Under the pieces are notes generated by a model that was not told where the DNA came from, made no database searches, and worked only from the letters and a program-made list of their open reading frames with translations. A DNA stretch of 64,000 nucleotides, from IMG/VR virus record IMGVR_UViG_3300001200_000009. One strand, 5' to 3'. Positions 47,999 through 56,796 of this stretch are shown here, piece after piece. The DNA is from a virus. Each line of letters opens with the position of its first letter. Position 1 is the first letter of the stretch. A program made the translations under genes and the position numbers.

Positions 47999-48125
47999 AT
48001 GCCATCCAATTTGCTAGAAGACCGCCTAAAATCAAGGCTAATCCTAATGGACCTAACCCGCCAAGAATGCAGATAAATCCTGTGATAATAATCGCACTTA
48101 CGTTATTTCCAAATCGTCTTGTCAA
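47991..48125 (-). CDS. Small hydrophobic membrane protein, 44 aa
   Basis: Manual translation from TTG: MTRRFGNNVSAIIITGFICILGGLGPLGLALILGGLLANWMACE. Confidence 0.45.
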   Translation of the reverse strand: MTRRFGNNVSAIIITGFICILGGLGPLGLALILGGLLANWMACE

Positions 48126-48432
48126 TTAGAATGCCTTGCATAGAATGCAATAGAGGCAGCAAATAATTAAAAAGCTCAGCGTTTAGTCTAAGAGCTTCTG
48201 TAAGAGCTTGAGAAATAGTCCCAAAGGTTCCATGAGAGGTACACACTCTGTCCCAAACTTCAACAGTTAGAGAATGGGCTTCAGGAATATCAGCCGGACC
48301 AAGGCCCTCTTCAGTGAGAGGCATTTCAATAACGAAATATGGCCATTTTCTCGGGTCTAATGGGTCGTACCAATTCTTCACAAATTCGTCGACGTTACCG
48401 TCTTTGTCTAGGTATAAAGAATGGTCTGTCAT
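48103..48432 (-). CDS. Hypothetical protein
   Basis: ORF overlapping the gp33 stop (ATGA). Confidence 0.6.
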   Translation of the reverse strand: MTDHSLYLDKDGNVDEFVKNWYDPLDPRKWPYFVIEMPLTEEGLGPADIPEAHSLTVEVWDRVCTSHGTFGTISQALTEALRLNAELFNYLLPLLHSMQGILIDKTIWK

Positions 48433-48659
48433 AGGAAATCCGAAAGGGTAGTTTCAGGAGCGCCTTTAAGCATGTGTTTGCCTTGGGCCTCCGCTTCAAT
48501 TTTGTCTTTGATGACTCCCTTTACGAGAGATTTGACATCTTCAGGTTCTACTCCTTTGTCTTCACAGACTTGGAGTACTGCTTCCATGTAGGTGTGGCCA
48601 CTCTTAACGTAACCAAGCACCATTTCATTGAAGTCAGCGATTTTGATAAATTTGCTCAT
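48429..48659 (-). CDS. gp33: Late transcription coactivator
   Basis: TYMEAVLQVCEDKGVEPEDV..L....IKDKIEAEA; start MSKFIK. Confidence 0.88.
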   Translation of the reverse strand: MSKFIKIADFNEMVLGYVKSGHTYMEAVLQVCEDKGVEPEDVKSLVKGVIKDKIEAEAQGKHMLKGAPETTLSDFL

Positions 48660-48665
48660 AATGTT

Positions 48666-48695
48666 ATTATATAACAACTCCAATAGATTGTAAAC
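48666..48695 (-). promoter_or_regulatory. Early promoter for gp33 (leaderless), back-to-back with the HEG4 late promoter at 48697-48704 (+)
   Basis: GTTTACA-N17-TATAAT, ATG 6 nt downstream. Confidence 0.8.
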
Positions 48696-48710
48696 GTATA
48701 AATAAAATAA

Positions 48711-49280
48711 ATGAGATATACAGTTTACAGAACGACGAATTTGGCCACCGCTAAAATTTATATAGGCGTCCATAAGACGCTGGACCCGAATGATGCATAT
48801 CTCGGGTCGGGGTCTACCATGCTTTCCGCTATTGCCAAATACGGTAGAAGCCAGTTTTCGAAAGAAATTCTGTTTGATTTCGAAACTTCAGAAGAGGCTT
48901 ATGCTAAAGAAGCGGAGCTCGTAACTGAAGATTTTGTAGCTCGAGACGATAATTACAACATAAAACTAGGTGGCGGAAGTCTATCTAGACATTCCAAAGC
49001 AACAAGGGCTAAAATGTCTAAGGCTAAACTGGGCAATAAGAACTCTTTAGGGCATAGACATTCCGTTGAATCCAAGAAACTTATGTCTCAGGTTAAAATT
49101 GGTAATACATTCGCCTCTGGAAATTTAGGCAATAAGCGCTCTAAAGCAACCAAAGACGCCATATCAAGGGCAAATTCTAAATCAACAATCGTTAAAGGGC
49201 TTCAGTTCAAATCTAGAACTGAAGCCGCAAAGCATTTTAACGTATCTCCAACAACTATTGGTAGATGGCTTAAAGCCTAA
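48711..49280 (+). mobile_element. GIY-YIG homing endonuclease HEG4 (NUMOD3 plus HTH)
   Basis: YTVYRTTNLATAKIYIGVH, YLGSG and FKSRTEAAKHFNVSPTTIGRWLK motifs. Confidence 0.9.
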
Positions 49281-49847
49281 CTACTTTTTCTTGGGGATAA
49301 TCGGATGCTTGACGAGCATATACTCGTGAGCTCCAATCGTTTTGCGATTAACGCCGTGCTTGGACCAACCGGGATTTACGGCAGTTGTATGATAATGGTC
49401 AGCGCCTTGTGTTTGGTCTGCCGAATAATCCTTTAGAACCATAAAGGCCACGAATTGGGCTACCAACCACGCTTCAGTTTCGTATGGTCGGTCTGATTTA
49501 CCGTCATGTGTCCATGAGAATTGCTTTGGTTGCCAAACGACACCACAGATAGAATCTCTAAATCCTGCAGCATCTCGTCTGTTAAGAACTACATGTGCAG
49601 TCGAGGACATATCATAATATGTCGAACTTCGAGCTTCGTGATAGATATTGACCGCTAGACAAAGAGCTTCGTCATAGTCTTTACCTTCAAAATGCTCTGA
49701 AAGAATTGTTGGGGTTTCTTGTTCAATCCACTCGTGGAGGGTTGTCCACTCATAGCTATAAACAGTGTCTTTGGTTTGGGCCTCAGCTGTACCGCAAATT
49801 GCAGCTAAAGATAAGGCAATACTCGTTAGAATTTTCTTCATAATCAT
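49281..49847 (-). CDS. SleB-like cell wall hydrolase (Hydrolase_2) with signal peptide
   Basis: CLAVNIYHEAR, VVLNR, ICGVVWQPKQFSW and GADHYH..PGW..IGAH motifs; early promoter at 49884-49912. Confidence 0.9.
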   Translation of the reverse strand: MIMKKILTSIALSLAAICGTAEAQTKDTVYSYEWTTLHEWIEQETPTILSEHFEGKDYDEALCLAVNIYHEARSSTYYDMSSTAHVVLNRRDAAGFRDSICGVVWQPKQFSWTHDGKSDRPYETEAWLVAQFVAFMVLKDYSADQTQGADHYHTTAVNPGWSKHGVNRKTIGAHEYMLVKHPIIPKKK

Positions 49848-49915
49848 TCTCCTTATCGTGATAATATCACAACTTAGTTAAAGATTATATAATGTTCGGA
49901 GTAAAAGTAAACTGC

Positions 49916-50296
49916 CTAAGCAGCTTTTTTGAAGCTGCTTAGCACCTTAGCGCTATAGGTTCTGTATTCGGGGACGTATTCGCGCTTGACAGCTGCTCTG
50001 AAATCCTCAAAGGAGTCATAAACGTTTGGCGTAGTGTTGGTAACATAGTCGACTTCTTGGTCAAGACCTATCACTGATTCTTCGTCTAGGTCAATGAACT
50101 CAGAAATGACACCATCTTCATCTACTTGGATGGCACAGATTACATCTTCATAGGTGTAATTCACCACCTGGTCACGCTCGTTTCCGGTGATTGATAAGCT
50201 TACACCCATAAACAATTCGAACCACTGAGCCACATCGAGCGCCGAGTAGCTATTGATGCTTAGCACTCTTGATAAAGCTGGGATAATACTACCCAT
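49916..50296 (-). CDS. Hypothetical protein
   Basis: ORF within a coupled minus-strand run. Confidence 0.6.
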   Translation of the reverse strand: MGSIIPALSRVLSINSYSALDVAQWFELFMGVSLSITGNERDQVVNYTYEDVICAIQVDEDGVISEFIDLDEESVIGLDQEVDYVTNTTPNVYDSFEDFRAAVKREYVPEYRTYSAKVLSSFKKAA

Positions 50297-50417
50297 TGAG
50301 TTGAACCTTAGTCCTTAATCCAACCGGAGTTTCGGTCTTCTTAGAGTCAGCAATAAGTTTTGCTTGCTCTTCCTCGGTCAGTTCGCCGACCTCGGCTAAC
50401 ATGATTTTTTCAGTCAT
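50289..50417 (-). CDS. Small hypothetical protein, 42 aa
   Basis: Manual translation MTEKIMLAEVGELTEEEQAKLIADSKKTETPVGLRTKVQLNG; TAATG-coupled. Confidence 0.55.
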   Translation of the reverse strand: MTEKIMLAEVGELTEEEQAKLIADSKKTETPVGLRTKVQLNG

Positions 50418-50848
50418 TAGTTGTCCTTAAATGCTCGTGAGATGCCAAAGTATTTTTGGCGGCCAGCCACTTTAAAGGCAGACCATTTAGCAATATAACC
50501 AGCAGGTCGATACTTACGTTGACCTACATCGATATGCATTCCAGCTTGGGGTTTCCAGTCTGGGTAAATTCCTATTCCCGTAGCTCCTGCTGCCATTGCG
50601 GTCTCGTAGCCACGTCGAAAGTCTTCGGTTGTAACGAAGTTAGATGGCATAATATCCACAGCCTTAACGCTACCATGTTTTTTGTAATTGTGGAAGCCAT
50701 TTCCAGTTGTCCTTGCGATAGCGTCTGGGTGAGGTGAAATCGTTACAGGCGAGCCCCATAGCTCTCTGAATTTGTCCAACATCTTCTTAAGTTCGGGGTC
50801 AAGACGCTTATAATGTCCGCCAAACTCTTTTGCTCTAAAATATTTCAT
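50417..50848 (-). CDS. Peptidase M15A-type endolysin
   Basis: MKYFRAKEF, LDKFRELWGSPVTIS, H..AVDI and GIGIY...HIDV motifs. Confidence 0.85.
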   Translation of the reverse strand: MKYFRAKEFGGHYKRLDPELKKMLDKFRELWGSPVTISPHPDAIARTTGNGFHNYKKHGSVKAVDIMPSNFVTTEDFRRGYETAMAAGATGIGIYPDWKPQAGMHIDVGQRKYRPAGYIAKWSAFKVAGRQKYFGISRAFKDN

Positions 50849-50867
50849 TGAAATCCTTGGTAAAATA

Positions 50868-51207
50868 GAGGTTTCTGTTGCTAGGTACCTCAGGACCCCT
50901 GGTGGAACTAAGCTACTCGAGCTAGTTCTCCAAATGCGAAGTTATCGTTCGCTGCGTATACTGTTTTTGCAGTTACAAGTTTTGATTTTATGTCGCTATC
51001 ACGCGGTACTTCTACTACTCATCGCTTTTGTCAGTCGATACCTGTCGCCCCCATCAGAAGAACAGAAGACCTTTTTTCTAGAACATTGCAGAGCTTAAGG
51101 TGCAATCTTGCGGCTTAGTCAAGCCGGGTTATTTTCTGTTCTTGTGGTGGAGGCGGAGGGAATCGAACCCTCGTCCTGTCCAACTATAACTCGTTATCAA
51201 CGAAATA
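50868..51207 (-). ncRNA. ssrA: Circularly permuted two-piece tmRNA
   Basis: Acceptor piece ending GAGGGTTCGATTCCCTCCGCCTCCACCA (51145) precedes the coding piece starting GGGGGCGACAGGTATCGAC (51052). Acceptor stem has G3.U70. Tag frame 50970-50908 reads AKTVYAANDNFAFGELARVA*. The alphaproteobacterial-style CCTAGCAACAGAA motif is at the 3' end. Confidence 0.92.
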
Positions 51208-51212
51208 CAAGA

Positions 51213-51243
51213 TATTTATATCATACTGGTCTGAAATGTAAAC
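51213..51243 (-). promoter_or_regulatory. Composite early plus late promoter for the tmRNA
   Basis: GTTTACA-N16-TATAAA, where the -10 element is also a perfect late TATAAATA. Confidence 0.7.
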
Positions 51244-51245
51244 GA

Positions 51246-51692
51246 CTAATATAGCCCTTCGGAATATAAAGTCGTTGTTGACCCACCACAACCTCTGATA
51301 CAAATTGTTTGACCAGCTTCTTTAGCGACTTTCATCGCCTCTTCCCTGGTCAGGAAGTTATACCGATTGTCAACGAATCCCTGTTCTTGAAAACCTAGGA
51401 CATCATGCCAATTGCCTCCGTCAGCGTTTACCACCGCTTTCATTTGGCTTATCATAAACCCATCGCCGTGTCTTACGCCACAAAAGACTGTATCAATTTT
51501 GGCGCATCGAATGGCAGCCGAAACTACGACTGTTTTGGTGTGAATTCTTACATCGTCATGGTCTGGAAGAGGTGTATGGTCTATTCCATCCTTTGACTTT
51601 GGCTCATCACCGCACGTAGCAGTTCCATGTCTTGGACTTCCTCCGCATTCGATGCATAAACCATTATGAGGATGAACTTTACACTCAGCCAT
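51246..51692 (-). CDS. Conserved phage hypothetical protein
   Basis: SAAIR..CGVRH...QGFVD...FLTREEA...LYSE motif; Cys-rich N-terminus. Confidence 0.7.
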   Translation of the reverse strand: MAECKVHPHNGLCIECGGSPRHGTATCGDEPKSKDGIDHTPLPDHDDVRIHTKTVVVSAAIRCAKIDTVFCGVRHGDGFMISQMKAVVNADGGNWHDVLGFQEQGFVDNRYNFLTREEAMKVAKEAGQTICIRGCGGSTTTLYSEGLY

Positions 51693-51888
51693 TCTTAATC
51701 TCCTGATACCGGTCGAACATTTCGATAGCTTCAGGCGTGCAGCTTCCGCATTGTTCTACAGTGCGTCTAGATATATGGGGACCCTTGATTTGTGCAAGTT
51801 CCCATTCTGTTTGAATACCAAGAGCCTCGACTAGAGTCGAGAAAGAATTATCGGCCATACATTTCCTTATATTTAGCACGGGTTTCAA
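51685..51888 (-). CDS. Small hypothetical protein (start uncertain)
   Basis: ORF overlapping both neighbours. Confidence 0.5.
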   Translation of the reverse strand: MKPVLNIRKCMADNSFSTLVEALGIQTEWELAQIKGPHISRRTVEQCGSCTPEAIEMFDRYQEIKNG

Positions 51889-52522
51889 GAAGTGGTTTTA
51901 CCCAATTATCTCGTTTTTCAATAAAGACCTGAGCCTTTGGTGAATCGTCGCACGCAATGACAACCGCTAATTGAGGAACGGCGAGGCCAGTTCTCTCTTC
52001 GAACGCAATAGCATTTGCACATGTCTGCATGAAATATGAGTCAATCCACTCTTTCTTTTTCTGCTTTCCAGACGTCTTAGCATCGAACGAAGTTCGAATA
52101 CCGTCCCACCGAAGAATAGAGTCGCATCGCATTCCAAGTTCAAGGTGATGAGAATATAAGGCTTTCTCAACCGCGAATACCTCGGTTACGTGCTCATCAA
52201 GCTCAGCCTTTAAAGAGGCATATCCGGCTTGAATGAGCGGAGAGTTAATGGTTGGCGTGATATTTTGGAGATACATTTCCACTGCTTCGTGGACTTGAGT
52301 TCCTCTCCATGCAGCGGCTTTACCTACACGGGCAGCTTCTTCCTCACCAACTCTAGCTTTCCATTCAGCAATAGAGTCAGCCGAAAGGATTGAAAGAACA
52401 GTGGTAATGGAAGGGTATTTTACGCCAGGTTTATCGTGCGCTTCGTAGAGTCGCATGTTGTCGGTATGTTCAACATTAAGGTCGCCGTATCCAAGCTCGG
52501 CGGGCTTTTGAATGAATGTCAT
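51848..52522 (-). CDS. PD-(D/E)XK exonuclease (Cas4/RecB-like)
   Basis: YPSITTVL, WKARVGEEEA, RGTQVH and DAKTS..YFMQ motifs. Confidence 0.88.
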   Translation of the reverse strand: MTFIQKPAELGYGDLNVEHTDNMRLYEAHDKPGVKYPSITTVLSILSADSIAEWKARVGEEEAARVGKAAAWRGTQVHEAVEMYLQNITPTINSPLIQAGYASLKAELDEHVTEVFAVEKALYSHHLELGMRCDSILRWDGIRTSFDAKTSGKQKKKEWIDSYFMQTCANAIAFEERTGLAVPQLAVVIACDDSPKAQVFIEKRDNWVKPLLETRAKYKEMYGR

Positions 52523-52758
52523 TTAGTGTTTATCGTGCAGCCTTTACCTGATTTCTTTTTGATGTCCTTGAGAATGTCATTGAACCCATCATCTAGCTTT
52601 CGTAAACCGGTAGACTTACCAGAGATAACGTTTACTGACCATACTCGGTCAAACCCGTCGATGTCCATTTGATGTTCAAGTTCATCGTAGTTTGCGACGG
52701 TGTCGTGTCTGTCGACGACTTCACCAGTCTCACGGTGTTGAAATGTGTAAAGTGGCAT
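52519..52758 (-). CDS. FmdB-like regulatory protein lacking the cysteines
   Basis: MPLYTF...TGEV and KLDDGFNDILKDIKK motifs. Confidence 0.7.
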   Translation of the reverse strand: MPLYTFQHRETGEVVDRHDTVANYDELEHQMDIDGFDRVWSVNVISGKSTGLRKLDDGFNDILKDIKKKSGKGCTINTK

Positions 52759-53006
52759 TATTTGCGGTTACGAAACGCGTCGATTAATGCAGCAATGCCG
52801 ATAAGAATTCCTGCGCCAACGCCGAAAAACAGAAGAATACCAAGCACTAAAGCAAGTCCGCCGTAAAACGGTAGAAGTACCAACCACCATGACCAGGTTG
52901 CGACCGCACCCCAACCCATGACTTTCATTACTACGAAGATGATACCAAGAATACCAAACACAGGAAATACCCGTGTGACGTTTGGTACTGAGCTAGAGTC
53001 AGCCAT
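52758..53006 (-). CDS. Membrane protein
   Basis: LGIIFVVMKVMG..ATWSWWLVLLP motif; early promoter GTTTACA-N17-TATTAT at 53032-53061. Confidence 0.75.
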   Translation of the reverse strand: MADSSSVPNVTRVFPVFGILGIIFVVMKVMGWGAVATWSWWLVLLPFYGGLALVLGILLFFGVGAGILIGIAALIDAFRNRK

Positions 53007-53152
53007 AAAATTTTCCTTTTCAATTTTGTCTATAATAAACTATAGACGCTCAAATGTAAACGTTTATTTTCCAAATACTGCTTTGATTCCGTTCCAACAG
53101 GCCATGACAAACGGAGTGCCAAAGACTAATAGACCTATTGCAGCGAGTTCCA

Positions 53153-53791
53153 TTATCTGTTACGATTCTTTTGGGCTTCGAGGTCACGCTTTGCTTCATC
53201 AGCTCGAACAGCCTCTTGTAACCACATACGGTCAGCAGCATCTTTGGTTTTCTTAGCGAGCGCGAAGCATTTCTTAATAGTCATGGCTTGGGCAATTGCA
53301 TCTGATTCGCCGTCATGTTTAGTGGCGGGTACGACCTTTTCAACAGGCCATTGTTCTAGCATGGTGCGCATGTCGCGAACTTTCCAGAAGACGTATGGCG
53401 TATGAGCATTCATCGTCTCTTCTAGCATTGAGCGTAAAAGAGTTTCATCAAATGATGAACCATTACCCCAAACTCGACAGCCTTTAGCGGCAAATTCAGC
53501 GTATGTATTGCGGAAAAGTATAGCTCCATCTTCCATCGAATAAGTACCAGATTTCAGATTTTCAAATAGTGCCTGGTCTTCGCGTTCCCAAAAGGTCTTA
53601 GTGCCTTCCGATACATGACGACCTTTAGCTGCTTGTTCGGTCTGGTCTAGCTTAAATTCAGCTGAGGCATATTGTTCAGTTTCGTCTTCGGCATCGAAGA
53701 AGCACATGCCCAATTGCAAGAGGGCTGCGTTGGTTTGAGTTGACATGGTTTCCCAGTCAATCATCAAATCCGTGTATTTTTTATTCAGCAT
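53153..53791 (-). CDS. dexA: DEDDh 3'-5' exonuclease (DexA-like)
   Basis: MIDWETM, VWGNGSSFD, FWKVRDMRT and HDGESD motifs. Confidence 0.88.
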   Translation of the reverse strand: MLNKKYTDLMIDWETMSTQTNAALLQLGMCFFDAEDETEQYASAEFKLDQTEQAAKGRHVSEGTKTFWEREDQALFENLKSGTYSMEDGAILFRNTYAEFAAKGCRVWGNGSSFDETLLRSMLEETMNAHTPYVFWKVRDMRTMLEQWPVEKVVPATKHDGESDAIAQAMTIKKCFALAKKTKDAADRMWLQEAVRADEAKRDLEAQKNRNR

Positions 53792-54230
53792 TAATGAGGC
53801 TTTCGTTTAATTTTTTCGTGTAGGATTTCGGATAATTTTTCATGATTTGAAGCATTTCAGCCGAGCCAGGGCTAAACTGAAGTACTTTGACTTCACCATC
53901 CTGTCTATGAGCGGCTGCCCAAGTGTGGTGACCATCCATGATTCGATTATCACCAGAAATCATGATGCGTTTGTTACGATAATTGCCTGATTGGGCCATA
54001 CCGATAATTTTCTGTTTGTTGAACTCAGCCTGAGTAGGTATTAAGCTCTTTGTTGGAAGAGTTAGCTTCTTAGGCTGTTCGATGAGCCCTTGCTTCATAG
54101 CCCATTTGATAAAGTCTTGTTGGTCTGCTTTGTCGATTTGAGGCATAGCATATCGCTTTTTGCCCTTTGACATGCTCAGATTTGGAATGTCCATAAATTC
54201 CGAGAACTGCTTAAATGTTAATCGTCCCAC
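53781..54230 (-). CDS. ParB/Srx-like domain protein, possible internal head protein
   Basis: RYAMPQI, LIPTQAEF and ISGDNRIMDGHHTWAA motifs; N-terminal LTFKQFSE. Confidence 0.75.
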   Translation of the reverse strand: MGRLTFKQFSEFMDIPNLSMSKGKKRYAMPQIDKADQQDFIKWAMKQGLIEQPKKLTLPTKSLIPTQAEFNKQKIIGMAQSGNYRNKRIMISGDNRIMDGHHTWAAAHRQDGEVKVLQFSPGSAEMLQIMKNYPKSYTKKLNESLINAE

Positions 54231-54757
54231 CAGTCAGGTACCCCGTTTCTCTTAAATGTTGCGAATCGAGATTTATCCTGCCGATAGAAATTTCGATATG
54301 ACTCTGTGATAGAGTCTACATGATATTCGTCAGGCATGCATTTCGGTAATGGTGTTTGACCGATAAAGTATTGCTTATTAGGCGGCTCTTTGAGCGCGGT
54401 CAAAAGCTTTACGATAGTTGCATGTTGCCGTCCAGACGTAGCTTCATATATTTTGCCAAGTTCATCAAAGACGTCGAAGAGCCATTGATAATTTTCGGCT
54501 GATTTGCGTAGCCATACATTTGAAGGATGGTTAGCGTGAGTAGGTTTGTATAAGAGGGTTTCCATTTCTTGAGAGGGATGGACCCAATATTTCATTCGCC
54601 TACCAGTTTTAGACCTACGGATAATTTCAGTGCCATCGATAATTCGATGGGCGGTTGACATCATCTGAGCGTATTCGACCAGCATTTTAACGACGTGCTG
54701 GTCACAATGCATCCTAGCAGATTCTATTGGGTCATCGTGGAGCCAGAAGACATTCAT
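54218..54757 (-). CDS. Pyrimidine-dimer DNA glycosylase (DenV-family)-like protein
   Basis: MNVFWLH..P...A..HCDQHVVKM..EYAQ, LYKPTHANHP and YRNFY motifs. Confidence 0.85.
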   Translation of the reverse strand: MNVFWLHDDPIESARMHCDQHVVKMLVEYAQMMSTAHRIIDGTEIIRRSKTGRRMKYWVHPSQEMETLLYKPTHANHPSNVWLRKSAENYQWLFDVFDELGKIYEATSGRQHATIVKLLTALKEPPNKQYFIGQTPLPKCMPDEYHVDSITESYRNFYRQDKSRFATFKRNGVPDWWDD

Positions 54758-54993
54758 AAAGTTCTCTCGACTATTAGACTATCACCCAGACCGGTTAAAG
54801 TTACTATGCCGTCAGTTTCCTTGACGGATTTAACGAAGAATGGTAACTTGTAGTCATGATAGATACTCATACCAGGGACAATACATAACTGACGATGCCC
54901 CATGTCGAATGTAATCATTTTGTCGGTGTCTTTGACCCGCTCGATAGACTTACCTATCAGGTCAGCGAACTGATTTTCTGTTTCATTAAGCAT
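54754..54993 (-). CDS. Hypothetical protein, leaderless early gene
   Basis: GTTTACA-N17-TATATT at 55001-55030, 7 nt before ATG. Confidence 0.7.
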   Translation of the reverse strand: MLNETENQFADLIGKSIERVKDTDKMITFDMGHRQLCIVPGMSIYHDYKLPFFVKSVKETDGIVTLTGLGDSLIVERTL

Positions 54994-55032
54994 ATTGCGT
55001 AATATAACACATCTTCAGTCAAATGTAAACGA

Positions 55033-55401
55033 CTAAAGTAACTTTTTTATGCTCTTAAGATTACGAATTGCTTCGGCGTATTCTTCGATTGTCGCATCGT
55101 CCGAAGAATCTAAACGCTCGACCGTGATATCGAGAATTTTACGTTCGAACATCTCAATCATTTCGTCAATGAAAGCGTATTTCTCAGGGTCTACACAATT
55201 TTCTTGACCTTCTTCTTGGTCAATCTCAAAGGCCTTCTTAAAAGCCTTGGTCAAATCTTCGATATCTTGAGGTGTAGCTTCCTTGGGAGGAGTTGTAGGA
55301 ATCAATGGCTCAATTTCAGGCCAACGTTTATGAGGATTCCATGGCTGCTCCCATGGCGGTGTTTGTCGATAATGGTCGCCCACTGCAGATACTATGCACA
55401 T
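55033..55401 (-). CDS. Hypothetical protein
   Basis: MCIVSAVGDHY...A..ID...GQENCVDPEK motif; TAATG-coupled. Confidence 0.7.
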   Translation of the reverse strand: MCIVSAVGDHYRQTPPWEQPWNPHKRWPEIEPLIPTTPPKEATPQDIEDLTKAFKKAFEIDQEEGQENCVDPEKYAFIDEMIEMFERKILDITVERLDSSDDATIEEYAEAIRNLKSIKKLL

Positions 55402-55847
55402 TAGGATTTGTCCTTCTTAGGTAGAAGGTCAGGAAATGCTTTACGCACTTGTGAAGCCGTTACCCGCGGGTATAGCGCCTTAACGTGATATTCCTTACAC
55501 TCTTTGTTTGTTTTAGTAGACGCCGCAATTAGAAGCGCAGCATCTTTAGGATGGATAGCTTCCAGCATTCCAAGAAATCTTCGTTCTCTTGCTGGGGCGT
55601 TTAAACGAGATTCGCCGATAAAGATGCCCATCCCTTTGACTTTGCGATGGTATGATTCGGCAAATAGGTCTTTGTCCATTGGAATAAACGGCGGGGGCGT
55701 GTCTGGCAAATTCATTACCATATCGTCGTTAAATAGGAGAACCAGCATTTGCTGTAGTCCTATGCAGTCGTGTTCTTTTAGAACTTCGGCTGGCTTCTTT
55801 GCGGCTTGTGCGAGTTCAAATATCTCGCAAACTTCTTTACGGCTCAT
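55401..55847 (-). CDS. Conserved T4-like hypothetical protein
   Basis: LPDTPPPF, RERRFLGMLEAIHPKDA and AFPDLL motifs; typically follows rnh. Confidence 0.8.
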   Translation of the reverse strand: MSRKEVCEIFELAQAAKKPAEVLKEHDCIGLQQMLVLLFNDDMVMNLPDTPPPFIPMDKDLFAESYHRKVKGMGIFIGESRLNAPARERRFLGMLEAIHPKDAALLIAASTKTNKECKEYHVKALYPRVTASQVRKAFPDLLPKKDKS

Positions 55848-56725
55848 TAAAGCGTTCCTTGTTTAAAGTCATTCATATCGTTCAGCAGATTGCCAGCACG
55901 ATTTTTGATTAGGTAATTCATGACACCTCCAAAGTTTGGAAGCTCGTACTCATCGTACTGCTTCATGACTTCGGCTTGGATTTCGTCAGGAATCATTGTG
56001 AAATCCATCAGCTTTTTATTTCGCATAAATGCAGACCACTGTTCAGGCGGTAGATAGGATTCGAGATTGTTACGATTTTCCCACAGGTCAGCAAGTCGCT
56101 TCTTTGAGACCGCTTTTTGACGACCAACATCCTCACCGTCTACTTTGCGCTTATAGAAATCATGAGGTGAGAAGATGTTTGGAACACCATCTTTACCTTG
56201 GCCCTTAACGCACTGTTCGAATAGCCATAGATGAGGGTTCTTTTCCTTCACCATTTTCTTTGTCAGTGTAGAGATTTGTTTAACGTTCGAATGAACTTGA
56301 AGCTGTTTGTAATCTCCATCGGAAGCCACGATAAGAACAGGCTCAGATTTTCCAAGCTCCTGTGTAGACTGAGCAAGGGTTGCAATGATGTCATCAGCTT
56401 CAGCTCCTTTATGTTGGATTACTTTCCAAGGAATATAGGTGCGAATTTCGTCAGTAACCTTATTGACGATTTTGAACATCTCTTCCCAGTTGATTGAAGA
56501 CTCATCGCGACCTTTCTTACGAGAGTATTTGTAGAACTCGTAATAGGTCTTGCGCCATGAAGAGTGGTCGCAACAGATAACCATTTGGCCATACTTGTCA
56601 CGATTTTTCTTGTTGTACGCGCGAAGGGAGTTTAGTATCATGTGACGAAGTAGATTTTCGTCTGGTGGGAGCCTTTGGGATGCTATATTACCTATAGAAA
56701 TTGCGGAAAAATCTACCAATATCAC
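55847..56725 (-). CDS. rnh: T4 RNase H (5'-3' exonuclease), GTG start MILVDF
   Basis: LRHMILNS, WRK..YK, EADDII, SDGDYKQLQ and DGVPN motifs. Confidence 0.93.
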   Translation of the reverse strand: MILVDFSAISIGNIASQRLPPDENLLRHMILNSLRAYNKKNRDKYGQMVICCDHSSWRKTYYEFYKYSRKKGRDESSINWEEMFKIVNKVTDEIRTYIPWKVIQHKGAEADDIIATLAQSTQELGKSEPVLIVASDGDYKQLQVHSNVKQISTLTKKMVKEKNPHLWLFEQCVKGQGKDGVPNIFSPHDFYKRKVDGEDVGRQKAVSKKRLADLWENRNNLESYLPPEQWSAFMRNKKLMDFTMIPDEIQAEVMKQYDEYELPNFGGVMNYLIKNRAGNLLNDMNDFKQGTL

Positions 56726-56796
56726 TGTTACGTTCCTATTCTTATAAATAATTTTACCTATGGACAACTATTTATAATCAAAAAGAAGCCATCTTA

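Noticed and set aside
51145-51180. Stand-alone tRNA gene
   Set aside because: Only a T-arm and 3' acceptor strand are present; they pair with GGGGGCG at 51052 as part of the permuted tmRNA.
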